Shown: positions 52,126 through 64,000 of the stretch, piece by piece | Layout: the number at the start of each line of letters is the position of its first letter | Position numbering within the stretch: the first letter of the stretch is position 1 | DNA from: Eledone cirrhosa | Lineage: Eukaryota | Length of the DNA stretch: 64,000 nucleotides | NCBI GenBank assembly: GCA_964016885.1 | Contig: OZ024743.1 | Coordinates: forward strand, 151,590,001-151,654,000 | Direction: 5' to 3' | The notes under the pieces: model-generated | The model's database searches: none | What the model saw: only the letters and a program-made list of their open reading frames with translations | Told to the model about the DNA's origin: nothing | Made by a program: the position numbers and the translations under genes

Positions 52126-53119
52126 AATAATATAAAATCAGTATGTTTAACTCTTCGCTAAAATACATATATATCTTGTGCTGTATTAAATTCCTAGTCT
52201 CTACCCTTTGGAAAAATTTGGTTTCACATTTTTATGATTTTCAAATGTTAAGTGAAATGGAGAGATGTGTGGCTATGTTATGATGTGTCTGAGATCAAGT
52301 GCATGTTGGAGATCACCTGGTGAGTTAAGTAATACCATGACATCTACAAATTCCAGCCAACTGATCCTACACCCACCAGTTGTGACACCACTTCCAACCT
52401 GAGGCTCCATATGTTAATTGTTTATAAATATATAGTATATGCTTTCATATACATCCCTATTATGCTTAACGCTAACTTAGTGCTACTACCAATTAATTAT
52501 AACTAGGTTCACACTATATGCAAATGAGTATTTCCAGCCAGTGTTTTTTATTTGCTAAATGTAAATGAGTATCGCCAGCAAATGTTCAATACACAAAGTG
52601 TGTATAGTCTCTAGTCTATTTTCATTTCAGTACTGGTTGAGTAAGTGTCACTGATAAGAGAATCTTGAAATAATGAATCTTGAAACAGCTGTCTGGCATT
52701 CTCAATGGCTATCTGTAACATGTTCACAGAACAAAAGAAAAAAAAAAAATTCTCATAAAGAAAACAACATTTTCTTTGATAGTGTGTTCCTCATCTTTAT
52801 TGTATATAAAGATATAGCATATGCTTTCATATACACACCTATTATACTTAACCTTAGTGCTACTGCCAAGCAATTAACCAATCAATCAATATATATTTAT
52901 AAATAATCAATCAATATATCGACAGTCGATCGACTTGCGTCAAGGAAATAATGTTTCCGTTGGTCTTTCCAATTGCTAATACTATCTATCGGTTGCAACT
53001 CCAGGTAGAAGGCACAATGTGAAGTAAAGTGTCTTGCTCAAGGACATAATGCATCGCCTGGTCCAGGAATTGAACTCACAAATATATATATATAAATCTA
53101 AGTATGCACACATATACAC

Positions 53120-53150
<31 letters not shown>

Positions 53151-53454
53151 TATACATACATACACACATACATATACATACACACACATACATATACATA
53201 TCGGTTATATCAAACATTAATAACAATGTTCGATTCATTTATAAACAAGCGGCCCAATTTGAAGCTGTGCCATGCTGGTGACCAATTGTCACCTATTTGT
53301 TCAACATTGGCTTTGAGGAACAATCAACATGTTTCTAGGTCATTACCCGTCATCATACATATGTGTGTACATATGCATACTTACATTTATGTATCAGTTG
53401 TACAAGAGCGAGAAATAAAATTCTAATTTTATACATATATATCAAAACATATCA

Positions 53455-53485
<31 letters not shown>

Positions 53486-53549
53486 AATATTTTGATCTGT
53501 GTCTCATTTTTAATAGTGTATGTGTATATATATATATACACACACACAT

Positions 53550-53858
53550 TTCATTTCATTCATTTCATTTTATGTCCGCTTTTTCCCTGCTTGCAAGGGT
53601 GGGACGGGAACTGATGCTGGCTTGATTTCTACAGCTGGATGCCCTTCCTAACACCAACCTCGTTTACAGTGAGTGGTGGGTGCTTTGTTTTGCTGTGGCA
53701 CCTCCACAACCACTTTGCAGTGTACAGCTGAGTAAACTGGAGCAATGTGAAATAAAGTGTCTTGCTCAAGGAAACAACACATCACCCGGTCTGAGAATTG
53801 AACTCACAACCTTTCGATTGCAAGGCCAATGCTCTAACCACTAAGCCATGTGCCTCCA
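53550..53858 (-). mobile_element. SINE family B with intact tRNA-like head
   Basis: Minus strand GGAGGCACATGGCTTAGTGGTTAGAGCATTGGCCTTGCAATCGAAAGGTTGTGAGTTCAATTC (A and B boxes), CORE-like middle, RTE tail ending (AAATG)n. Confidence 0.93.
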
Positions 53859-54664
53859 TATATATATATACTAGATATTTTTTTGTAATGGAAAAATGGC
53901 ATATTAAAAAATAGTCTTACAGCAAATCCGTTAGTTTCCAAAATATGCAAAAGAAATATACATACAAGAATACCTAAAGGCCAAGTTATGATGCACTTAA
54001 CATTAACCCCCCTCCCCCCAAAAAAAACCCCAGAGTTTGAGTGAAGACACTATTGATGATCTGCAAAACATATTTTGTAAAGTTTGGAAATATGGATAAT
54101 TATGTATGGTGAGGGGAAGGCAAGCATACTGTTTTAGCATTGAAAGGCTTTGCTACAAACATCAGTATTCTCACCACTCATATTCAGTTATCCAAATTTG
54201 CAAATAGTACAGTATAGTTCATTAGAGTACATTTATTCTGAATATATCCTTTATATAAATATTCAACAAATGATATTAATTTGAGAGCATAGCCACAAGG
54301 CCACACATTTTATGCAAGAGATATTATCGATCTTATCAATCCTATTACTTTTTCTATTGATACCGTAAGAATAAAAGGAAAAGCTGACCTCTGTGGAATT
54401 CAAACAGAGAACATAAGGAGTGTAACTATATACCACAAGTTAGTCTGTCTAACGCTTTACTATTTCTACCAATTGAGAGGGAAAGAAACTATATTCAGAA
54501 TAACATCTCTTTCAAAGTACTTTACAAAACAATAAATATATATTTATGTAATGATTAGAAACAAAGTGAATGCTTGGGTACATAATATATTGTTTTTGGT
54601 TCCTCTTGAGACTAATAAATCTTATATGCTAGTCAAACTTATGTAAAATAATAATTATAATAAC

Positions 54665-54877
54665 GGTTTCTGATTTAGGCACACGGCCAACAATTTCTTG
54701 GGAAAGGGAAAGTCGATTAAATCAACTCCAGTGCATTACTGGTACTTTATTTTATCAACCCCATAAGGATGAAAAGCAAAGCTAACCATGATTTGAACCC
54801 AGAACGTAAAGAGCTGTAACTCTATGCCACAAAGCATGTTGTCTGATGCTCTACCGATTCTGTCAATTCACTGCCCT
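54665..54877 (-). mobile_element. SINE family A, longer subfamily
   Basis: Family A body with ~30 extra nt (GGGAAAGTCGATTAAATCAAC), shared with the copy at 57221. Confidence 0.88.
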
Positions 54878-55027
54878 ATAATAATCACGATAACTATAAT
54901 AACAGTAAGATTTAGCATTAAAAAGAGATGTTAGATGTAAAATAAATTAATACTTTTATAAAACTGACAGATCAGTGAAGTTAGTTCAGTTAATTTGAGT
55001 GGTAACCAATTACATTATTAAAGTAGT

Positions 55028-55215
55028 GGGCGGTGGATTGGCAGTATCGGTAGAGGGTCGGACACCATGCTTTGCAGCATAGAGTTACGCACCTTTACAG
55101 TCTGAGTTCAAATCCCACCATGGTTAACTTTGCCTTTCATCCTTATGGGGTCGATAAAATAAAGTACCAGTAATGCACTGGGATAATTGCTGGCCTTGTG
55201 CCAAAAACAGAAAAA
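55028..55215 (+). mobile_element. SINE family A, full length
   Basis: Head GGGCGGTGGATTGGCAGTATCGG (A box), GTTCAAATCC (B box), core and tail. Confidence 0.95.
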
Positions 55216-57220
55216 ATATCTTATGTTGGAAAAATATTGGAATTATATTCTATTAAAAAACATAAAAGTTGTAAGTAAATGGAGAGATGTTAAATAACTT
55301 ACAGCTGCTTCAACTTATAATCAGCATATCTTTTTCTTAATAAGACTGACAGACATGTAGGGGTTGTTGTGCCCATATTTGTAAACCTATTGGGAATCTA
55401 AAAAAATGTGAAGCTCTCAAAGAGAAAATATATTGCTTATTGCATTTGAGCTAGAAATATTATGCCTGAAATGAATGATAAAAACATAAAATCTGTTGAC
55501 CATAACCATAAAATATGACATGTTCATCACCTCCCTATCACTAAAAACTTTTAAACATTTGCTAGAAGTTGTAGGCTCATTTCCATCAAAACACATCCAA
55601 CTGTCCTGAAGGGGACACATAAAACAATGTGCTTTGGGATGCACACTGTTGATAAAATAACAGGGAGATGATCATGATTTCAACAACTTTGATCATAGAT
55701 CTGCTCAATCATTGCTGACCTAGGGCTAAGCAACACCATCACTATAAGACAATTAAAGATATCATGTTTATCACACATTTTCATATGTGAATCTTTTGGT
55801 TTCTTTGTGGGAAATTGATATACTCTTGGCCTTTCACAACAAAGATCAGAGACTCAGGTGATGATATTTCATAGCTATCATATAGTGAAATTTAAAGCCA
55901 TAAGTTGTGAGCTGTGTTAATAGACTCCCTATATTAACAGGAATTGTTCTACTTTAACTACATTCACGTGCAGTGCTACTGTTTGAACCTTTAAATCAAT
56001 AAATACAATGATAGAAACTGATTGCCGAACTGCTGCCTACATAATCACAGAATTACTGAATGTACAACATAGTAATATGCCAAAAGAAACCAAATCATAT
56101 CCAGGTGAGATGCACTGAAAGTTTATAAAGGTCACTTGGCCTACTAGAAAAGGCAGCCAAATCACACTTAAATTACACTGTAATGTCTCAAAAGAAAAAC
56201 TGGATAATGTAGACTAAAATATACTAAGTTTGAAAATATGACAAAATGGTCATGATTGGAATGCCTTTGATCATAGGTTTTCTTGATCAGGGTTAACATT
56301 AAGGCTAGGCAACAGCAACAATTCTATCCAGCAAATTGTGTCTATGACTCACACCTAAGTATTTAATTAAATAATCCAATGAGTCAGCTTGAAGCTCTGT
56401 GTGAGAGTTTTTATAGAAGGCCAGCAGTTGTCTCCCCTCTTCACTTCACTGATATTTCCCAAGGCAAAGGCAAAAGCCTGCAATGATTGAGATGCATCAA
56501 AGGATCAAACTAGGATTCTTTGATTTATTGCATCGTCATTAACTACCACAAGGAGAGGCAACAGCAATACATTGTTGGTAAGCAAAATAAAGGGTTAACA
56601 TACACAGTAAGATAACAACTGCACAAATGACTAATACATGATACCTTTTACAAAACTTATCTGACCAACCAAGTAATTCAACTTGATGAGCATCTCAGTT
56701 TCTAAGTGCTTTGTATACCAGCAAAGTTTGAAAACCATACCCTACATGATCCCACCTTCATTAAAAGTAACCAAGATGACCATGAGAACAAAGCAAAGCA
56801 TTCACAGCAAGTAATGCTTTTTCTCCCCTGCCCTCTTCAAAAACAAAACACATTAGTACAAAAAAAACAAAACAAACATAGTTGATGCAAGAGCTGCTGA
56901 GAGAATTTTTGCAATGCTGACCAAAACTAATGAGTCGAGAAGAAGCTCTTCCCAAAATTTAAGGTAATATAGTAGTTTTTCTTGAGTGTGGAACAATGTA
57001 CTGACTGACCCCCTTTCTAATAGGCCCTGGTTGACACAAGAAGAAGAAACTAGACTGCCAGCGAGTGACAGCAATAGAGGGCCACATTCTTTGGTACCAA
57101 TCTAGAATATCAGCACAAGATGCAGTAACATATGTAAAAAACGTTCTGAAATGTCCTGTATTTGAAAGCTTTTATTATGTCCCTGAACTTTTTAATATGT
57201 ACAAACTTTCATTTAATAAT

Positions 57221-57438
57221 GGTTTCTGATTTAGGCACAAGGCCAACAATTTGAAGGTGAGGAAAAAGTTGATTAAATCGACCCAAGTGCCTGCCTAGTA
57301 CTTTATTTTATCGGCTCCTTAAGGATGAAAGGCAAAGTTAACCTTGGCGAGATATGAACTCAGATCATAAAGGGCCGTAACTCTGTGTTGTAAATCATGG
57401 CGCCCGACCCTCTACTGATACTGCCAATCCACTGCCCA
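57221..57438 (-). mobile_element. SINE family A, longer subfamily, imperfect TSD
   Basis: Flanked by AACTTTCATTTAATAAT and AGCTTTCGTTTAATAAT. Confidence 0.92.
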
Positions 57439-58961
57439 AGCTTTCGTTTAATAATACCAAACAGTTTATGCTTTTGCATTTGTTATTGACCTCAGTTTGT
57501 TTAGTATGGAACAATCTTAAGATATTTAACATGTATGAAAGTTAACTTGAAGTTTGCTGTCTTTTGAAGAAATACAATGTTTCCATCAACAAACTCCCAA
57601 ATTGTCATAAGCTGATACAGTTTGGCCCTAGTGTCAGTAGGATTTGAACTAAAAATGTAAGAAGCCAGAACAAATGCTCTAAGGCATTTGACTGATGCTC
57701 CAGCGATTCTGTCAGTCTACTTCCTTGTTAAAATAAAATCAAAAACAAAACATGATAATAATTACAATGGAATGGGTTTGCTTCATCAGAGAAAAGAATG
57801 GCAAAATAAACAAAACATTAATGGCGATTAACAAGCCATAGCCAACCAAATTTACTATTAAATAGGTCAACATAATACTATATAATAATATATAATTTAT
57901 ATTGTCTCAGTAACTAAGTTTCCACTCCTAATTATCTGTATTCCTATATCCTATTTCCAAACTATGTTGCTGTCAATTATTCTATTAAACACAAGCTTTT
58001 GCTGTGACCTTCTCTACAATCTCTATCTCTTAGCCTCTTAATTTAGGTTTCCTTTTATAATTTATTTCCCTCTAGTATCTCACCTTTGCCTTTGTAACAT
58101 TTAATAATAGGTCTGACATGCTGCTCAGCCCTTGATTACCATATATGGCATTAATTACTTAATGAGAGGTTTTTTTTAATGTACTTGTTATTAAAACTAT
58201 TTATAGTTAATTCTGCATTTGCTTCAAATTTGACAGGATTTGTGTTTTGGTAAATAGAACAAACTGTTTGTATATATTTTGTTCACATTAATGCTCTCAT
58301 TTTGGTATTTCACATGGAAGATAACCAAACTTTGAAATCTAATTGTTGTTCATTTTATCTTAACATACATACATCCAGGCTCAGTGTAGCATATATATAA
58401 TTTTTTTCACTGGAGATATTAGAAATATAACTGTTGGTTAGGGGTAATATGATGTAGACTAAACAGAAACAATTTCAATTACTATGTCTCATATTCTTCC
58501 CACTGAGATACCCTGTAAAAATCTATTATCAGAAATGACCTCAAGATAAGAGAAAACAAAAACATGCCCGAAAATAAAAGAAGAGCTTCCTTAGGAGTAA
58601 ATTTATTGTCTGTGTCTATGCCTGTATTATTACTCTTGAAAGAAGAATGCAAATTGATCTAAACAATGGTTAATTGACATTCAAAAATGGGTAGCAGTCA
58701 GTGCATACATATTAAAAAAAATTCTTCTTTTGCAATTTGATATTATTTGTTTAACTGAATTCCTGCCAATATCTCCTTTACAAAAAGAAAAAAATGATTT
58801 GTCATTATTGGCTATATAGTGTTTATATAAATAAATAACAGTCACATAAGAATAGCAAAAAGTACATTAGACAAACTAATGAATACATATATAAACTAAG
58901 GTTAAGTAAAAGTTATATATTCCACTAAGACTCTCAGAAAATATATTAACTATAGCAAGTA

Positions 58962-59912
58962 CTAGCAGTAAAGCCCGGCGTTGCTCGGGGTCGCTCAGTA
59001 GCTGTGTTAAAGTTACAATGTTAAGTTTCTTTCTTGGCTTAAAAACTGTAGTGTCTACTGTGCAGACTTGCATGTGGTGTTTTTGATTAATATTCCCTCA
59101 ACCAACAATATGCCTTATGAAGTTAAGAAAACATAACGATAACCCGAATGTTATAACAAAAGAGGATGCTGGGGATAGAAACTGCACTGGTTATTTATTA
59201 ACAAAGATCGAAAATGTAAACACTGCAACGCAGAGAAAAACATTAGTGTAACCAAATTATCAGTTATGTCTGTCTGCACGCCTATATCACCTCTCTGCAC
59301 GACTGTCTGTCTGCACGCCTATATCACCTCTCTGCACGACTATCTGTCTGCACGCCTATATCACCTCTCTGCACGACTGTCTGTCTGCACGCCTATATCA
59401 CCTCTCTGCACGACTATCTGTCTGCACGCGTATATCACCTCTCTGCACGACTGTCTGTCTGAACGACTGTCTGCCTGCACGCCTAACGACGAAATATTTG
59501 CTTGTTTTACGTAGTCTTTAAATAGACTTGTTTTCAAGTAAAAATATTGTTTTAAAATGCTTTTAAATGGAAATGAAGCAAAACGGAAGCTTAGTGTTCG
59601 AACTGATGAATTTTGCAGGTCAATATTTTGCTGGCTCGACAACTGTTAAAGCCAGCGTAATTTTTTACGTAAGACGCTCAATGTAAACAGAACAAAGGGA
59701 AATAACTGATCACTTACGCTCAAAAATCGATACATTATATTCGATTTCGTCACATAGGGTGGGTCAATTTGAAATTTTTTTTTTCCGATGTCTTCGCTAG
59801 GGCTCAATGTACAAGTATAGCAATTTCGGTGCAATTCCGTGAGAGATTCTAAGAGGAGATGTGTGCCAAAAATCGATAGACAGACAGACAACCACAGTTT
59901 TATATATATAGA
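58962..59912 (-). mobile_element. Non-autonomous Helitron
   Basis: Minus strand starts A|TCTATATATATAAAA and ends with hairpin CCCGAGCAACGCCGGG then CTAG|T; no TSD. Confidence 0.92.
59267..59485. repeat. 37-bp minisatellite, 5 copies plus a degenerate end, inside the Helitron
   Basis: Unit T(G/A)TCTGTCTGCACGCCTATATCACCTCTCTGCACGAC. Confidence 0.97.
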
Positions 59913-59945
59913 TAATATAACTACAGCAAAACATTTCATTTAGTC

Positions 59946-60225
59946 CAGAGGCTCTCAAAGTGGGCACCACCACTCCCCGGAGTGGGGGGGGGGGTTAGGG
60001 GGAGGTCGGTAGAGATGATATAATAGTATAAATGTATCTAATGATACATATATATAAATATAGTAACGTAAAAAATATATAAATTAACAATTTTATTTAT
60101 TAAATATTATTTACAATTTGCATGTAGGTAGGTCTCTCTAGAAATAAGATTGGGGGGGGGGCCTGAGGGTATTATGTGGCCATGAGGAGGGAGGGGGCGG
60201 TGGCCCCAAAAATTTGGGAACCTCT
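59946..60225. mobile_element. hAT (Charlie-like) MITE
   Basis: Ends CAGAGGCTCTCAAA and TTTGGGAACCTCT; 8-bp TSD ATTTAGTC at 59938-59945 and 60226-60233. Confidence 0.85.
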
Positions 60226-63062
60226 ATTTAGTCTCTCCTTTGAGTATTTTATGAAATTGTTGGGTTAGTAGTGACCATCATTCAACAGGTGTTATATTAG
60301 TCATTTGCAATTTTTCACCAGTTTTATTTAGACTGAACATAGAGCAATATCCTTCTGCTGTTTCAAGGGGACTCACAAATCATTTTGCCATGCTTTGTCA
60401 GGACTGTAGCAAGTTTTTGTTTTGCTCTTTTTCAACCATTATAGAGTAGAGCTACATTATAGAACAGAATTGGCTGTGTGTCCACTTATATTTCAGCTGT
60501 CTTAAATTAAAAAAGATGTTTTAGTTGAATGGGAAATCAATTCACCATAGCTCATTCTCTGTCAGTCTCCCATATCAAATGTATTATTTTCTTTTCAGTT
60601 TACCTCAGTGACATTACCAACTTTCACCTTTTGTGACACTCTAAAGGAACTTTAAATTCAAGCACATAGATATAACACTTTTTCTACAACATTGAATCAC
60701 ACAATTGACTTTACAAACATGAATATGTATGTGTTTAAGCTTTTTCTACAATACATTTACACAAAACTTGCTTTTATTAATGTTGTAATTTGAAACTTGC
60801 TATTTTTCTAAGCATGAATTACTTTGTTTCAAACTTGTCTCACAACCTTTAAAAGAACACGTGCTGTTTAACTACTTTTAAATAACAGTATCACTTTGAC
60901 TGGAAGAGTTTTATATTTCTGGTGATATGTAAAAAAAAAAAACTATTATAATTAATTTGTTGTTCTCTCTGTGCATCTGTATTTTCTACATGTTCTGTTA
61001 GCACAAGAGAACATTCATAAGTGTGTCAGTAATTATTTTATTGGGAAGAGACAAAAGATTGCTATTTATTGTAGGTAGATACACTTGGCAGAAATAAGGA
61101 GAATATGCTACAAGGCTCTCTGTCAGGCCAAAATTTTGATTACTATTTTCATAAATGATAGTTTGGTTCATTGCAAGTATATGCAAGCTGCTTGCTGATA
61201 ACTAAGACAGTCAATGAGAGACCACTTGTGAATATAAAGGAAAGGAATGAAATGTTTGGTATAATGGAATCAACATCATTACTATCAGCCATTATTTGCG
61301 TGTGTTGGCAGGTCTACAGTACCTCATGTAACTACTCCATCAAATATTGAAAGTCTCTAAAGAGCTGCTTGACCTGCTAGAAATAGCAAGTAAATCTCCT
61401 TCAAATAATGCTCCATTGTCTTAAAAAAGAGTAGCACATTGCATAATGTAGTCCTAGGCTTACATAAATATGGGGTGGTTATGTTTAGAATACTGAGGAC
61501 TCAACAACGAAAGTGTGTCATTTGTAAGGTCCAACAGATTGAGATACCTTCTACTGTCAATAAACAACAGATTTCCACACAAGCCCATAGCCATGCTTGC
61601 ACACATCAGTTGATAACTTCATGTAAGTTGATGACCAATAGACTATATTCAAATCCTTTTTCTCCAGCCTCAACATTCAATGATCAATTCAAGTTACTGT
61701 ATAGCACCCCCCTGCCCAACCTACATATGCTCCACACAATCTAATGTTTGTAATTTAATCCTATATCTAGGCTGAATCATCAACTAACTTATTGAATATA
61801 TGACTATATCTTTGAAGCTGTTAAGACAGAAAAGATATTGATGTGATCACACTCCAAACATACTACTGTTGCAATCAAGAAGAAACAAATAGGATTTTGG
61901 AATACTAAAATAAACATAGACCATGACCGCCCCTAGAAAGGAAGACACCTTTCTAGCATTCTTTGAGCATATGGTGAGATCGCACATCAAATATAGTAAC
62001 AACATTTAGGGAATATGTTTCAACAAAGATAAGATTCTTGTGGAAAATGAACAAAGAAAGGCTGCCAAATTGATTACAACCCAAAGTGAGACTTAAGGCA
62101 TTTGATTTGCTTTGAAAGCATGTTAATAGTTTAGAGAGTGGGGTCTGATATAAACCAATAAGATAAGATGGAAAAAAGTAAATCTGAACAATGATATCTT
62201 GGAATTTGATCAATTAGAACATAAATTATTTAAGAGGTGATGCATCAAGCTAATGCAGTATCAAACATTATTAAAGATCTATGAAAACTAAAACTGATTT
62301 CCAAAGAAGGTTGTCGATACAACCAACCAATTCAGGAATAGATTTAATAAATATTGGAAAAACATTAAATTTGAAACAGCCTTTTAATATCACCCTCTAA
62401 AAAATGAACATTACAATCTAGTATTTATAGGCTTTGTCTATTAACCATTAAAAAGCTATAATTTTATATAATCTAAGGAATAAATCAAATTAATTCAAAT
62501 TTTGTTATTTTGTGAAGCAAACCTACTGAATCTAGATATCAACTAAATATTTTATAAATCCATAAAACTGCGCAATATTTCAAAAATATACATTTAAGTA
62601 ATAGATGTGCCTTCTGATTTTACTCTTTAGTCTAGATATTTAAAGAATTTCAGTCAATAATCTTGTTAACAATGAAAGAACTTGGCTAGCAGTACTAGTC
62701 AATTGAGCTTGAGCAGGCAATGAATGATGCAAAGTACAAATTAAATTATCAAAATAACATTTCAAACAGAAGTCTGCAAGAAGACAATACATTGAACAAT
62801 GGTGTATTCTATAATCATCCCCTTTTCTATAGTTTATAACATCAAGTTCATCTAAAATTACACTTAAAACAGCTAATCATTATCATTTCTTCATTAAAAA
62901 CGTTTTATTGTTATCCAACATGCTAACGAAGAAAGTAGTGTGCTTCTTAGCATAATGCCAACAAGTGCAAGTCTGTTTATCAAAATGAAAACAGTACCAG
63001 ACAAAAGCTAACTAAATTATATACACAGTATTATAACTCAAGTGAAAACGGAATTGTTCTAT

Positions 63063-63063
<1 letters not shown>

Positions 63064-63127
<64 letters not shown>
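63064..63127. repeat. (CA)n microsatellite
   Basis: Direct inspection. Confidence 0.99.
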
Positions 63128-63129
<2 letters not shown>

Positions 63130-63159
63130 TTGTCTCACATTGAGACAGATAGCATGTGG

Positions 63160-63600
63160 ATTAGAAGGAAGAGGAGATAAAAGATATAGGAAAACAAGAG
63201 GGAGTGAAAATGAAAGAGGATGATGGAGGAGAGAAGAGGGTGGAGAAGGAGAGAAGGGGTGATGAAGAAGAAATAAAGAAAAAGATGATGGAGAAGGAGA
63301 GAAAGGGGTGATGAAGAAATAAAGATGATAGAGGAGAGAAGGAGGTGATGAAGAAGAAATAAAGATGAGGGAGGAGAGGAGGAGATGAAGAAGAAATAAA
63401 GGAGAAGATGATGGAGAAGAAGGAGAGAAGGGGGTGATGAAAAAGAAAAGAGAATGAACAATGGAAAATAAATAAATGAAGAGTAAGAGAATAAAATAAA
63501 TAGAATACAGAAATAGATGCTGAAAAATAAAAAGCAAATGATGAAAAAGAGAAAGAAGAAACAAATGGATATAAAACGAATGAAAGAATAAGAAGAAACA
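63160..63600. repeat. Purine-rich low-complexity tract with degenerate tandem units
   Basis: Recurrent GGAGAAGGAGAGAAGGGGTGATGAAGAAGAAATAAAG. Confidence 0.9.
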
Positions 63601-64000
63601 GGAATAAATATGCCAGATGCAGCATATTTGCTGTGGAATATAAAACCTAAGAGAGCCAAGAAATATTTTGGCTTCTTAATAAACTAGCCAAATAAGACAA
63701 TGTAGGCATAAAATCAGCAAACTGTTTCACAAGTCACTATCAAATACATTATCAATTACCTCCCTTAAAATCTTTTTACAGGAATTTGATGGCTCTTCTA
63801 GGAACACAAATAATTCTAATGACGACAAAAGCCATTTAGTATTCCTAAGCTACTTCCTCCCCCTCCTTCTGAAATAATAATAATTGTAATTTAAATGAGT
63901 CAAAGCAACAATTCCTCAAAAAGAATAAACAAAATAAATCTTCATAATAAATATATAAGCTTTATTTTATGATATAACAACTGTTGTTACAAGATATGCC

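Noticed and set aside
53785-53858. tRNA gene-like sequence
   Set aside because: It is the SINE B head: no proper acceptor stem or terminator, and it continues into the SINE body
59267-59485. Regular 37-bp repeats resembling a CRISPR array
   Set aside because: Head-to-tail units with no unique spacers, inside a Helitron in eukaryotic DNA, and no cas genes
63031-63659. Three overlapping hydrophobic ORFs
   Set aside because: Antisense of a purine-rich low-complexity tract, open in all three frames

Overview
AT-rich eukaryotic non-coding window (intronic or intergenic). The repeat families recall a coleoid cephalopod such as Octopus; this is from memory, not a search. I found no convincing host protein-coding exon: the ORF track is mostly chance ORFs, (TA/CA)n translations and transposon pseudogenes. 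Retroelements include several RTE LINE families (one young, with a PHD-like finger), CR1/Jockey-group and CRE-like LINE relics, an internally deleted Penelope element and two tRNA-derived SINE families, one sharing its tail with the young RTE. DNA elements include a hAT relic, a Tc2/pogo element, Tigger, mariner and hAT MITEs, and a non-autonomous Helitron. Top observations: (1) three hand-folded minimal type-I hammerhead ribozymes plus one decayed copy in (TA)n-flanked short elements; (2) a 73-bp G:U-biased hairpin; (3) a pogo element with a convergent piggyBac-like reading frame; (4) two independent RTE copies inverted at almost the same breakpoint; (5) several inverted repeat pairs that could form dsRNA. 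Ends of decayed repeats are approximate.
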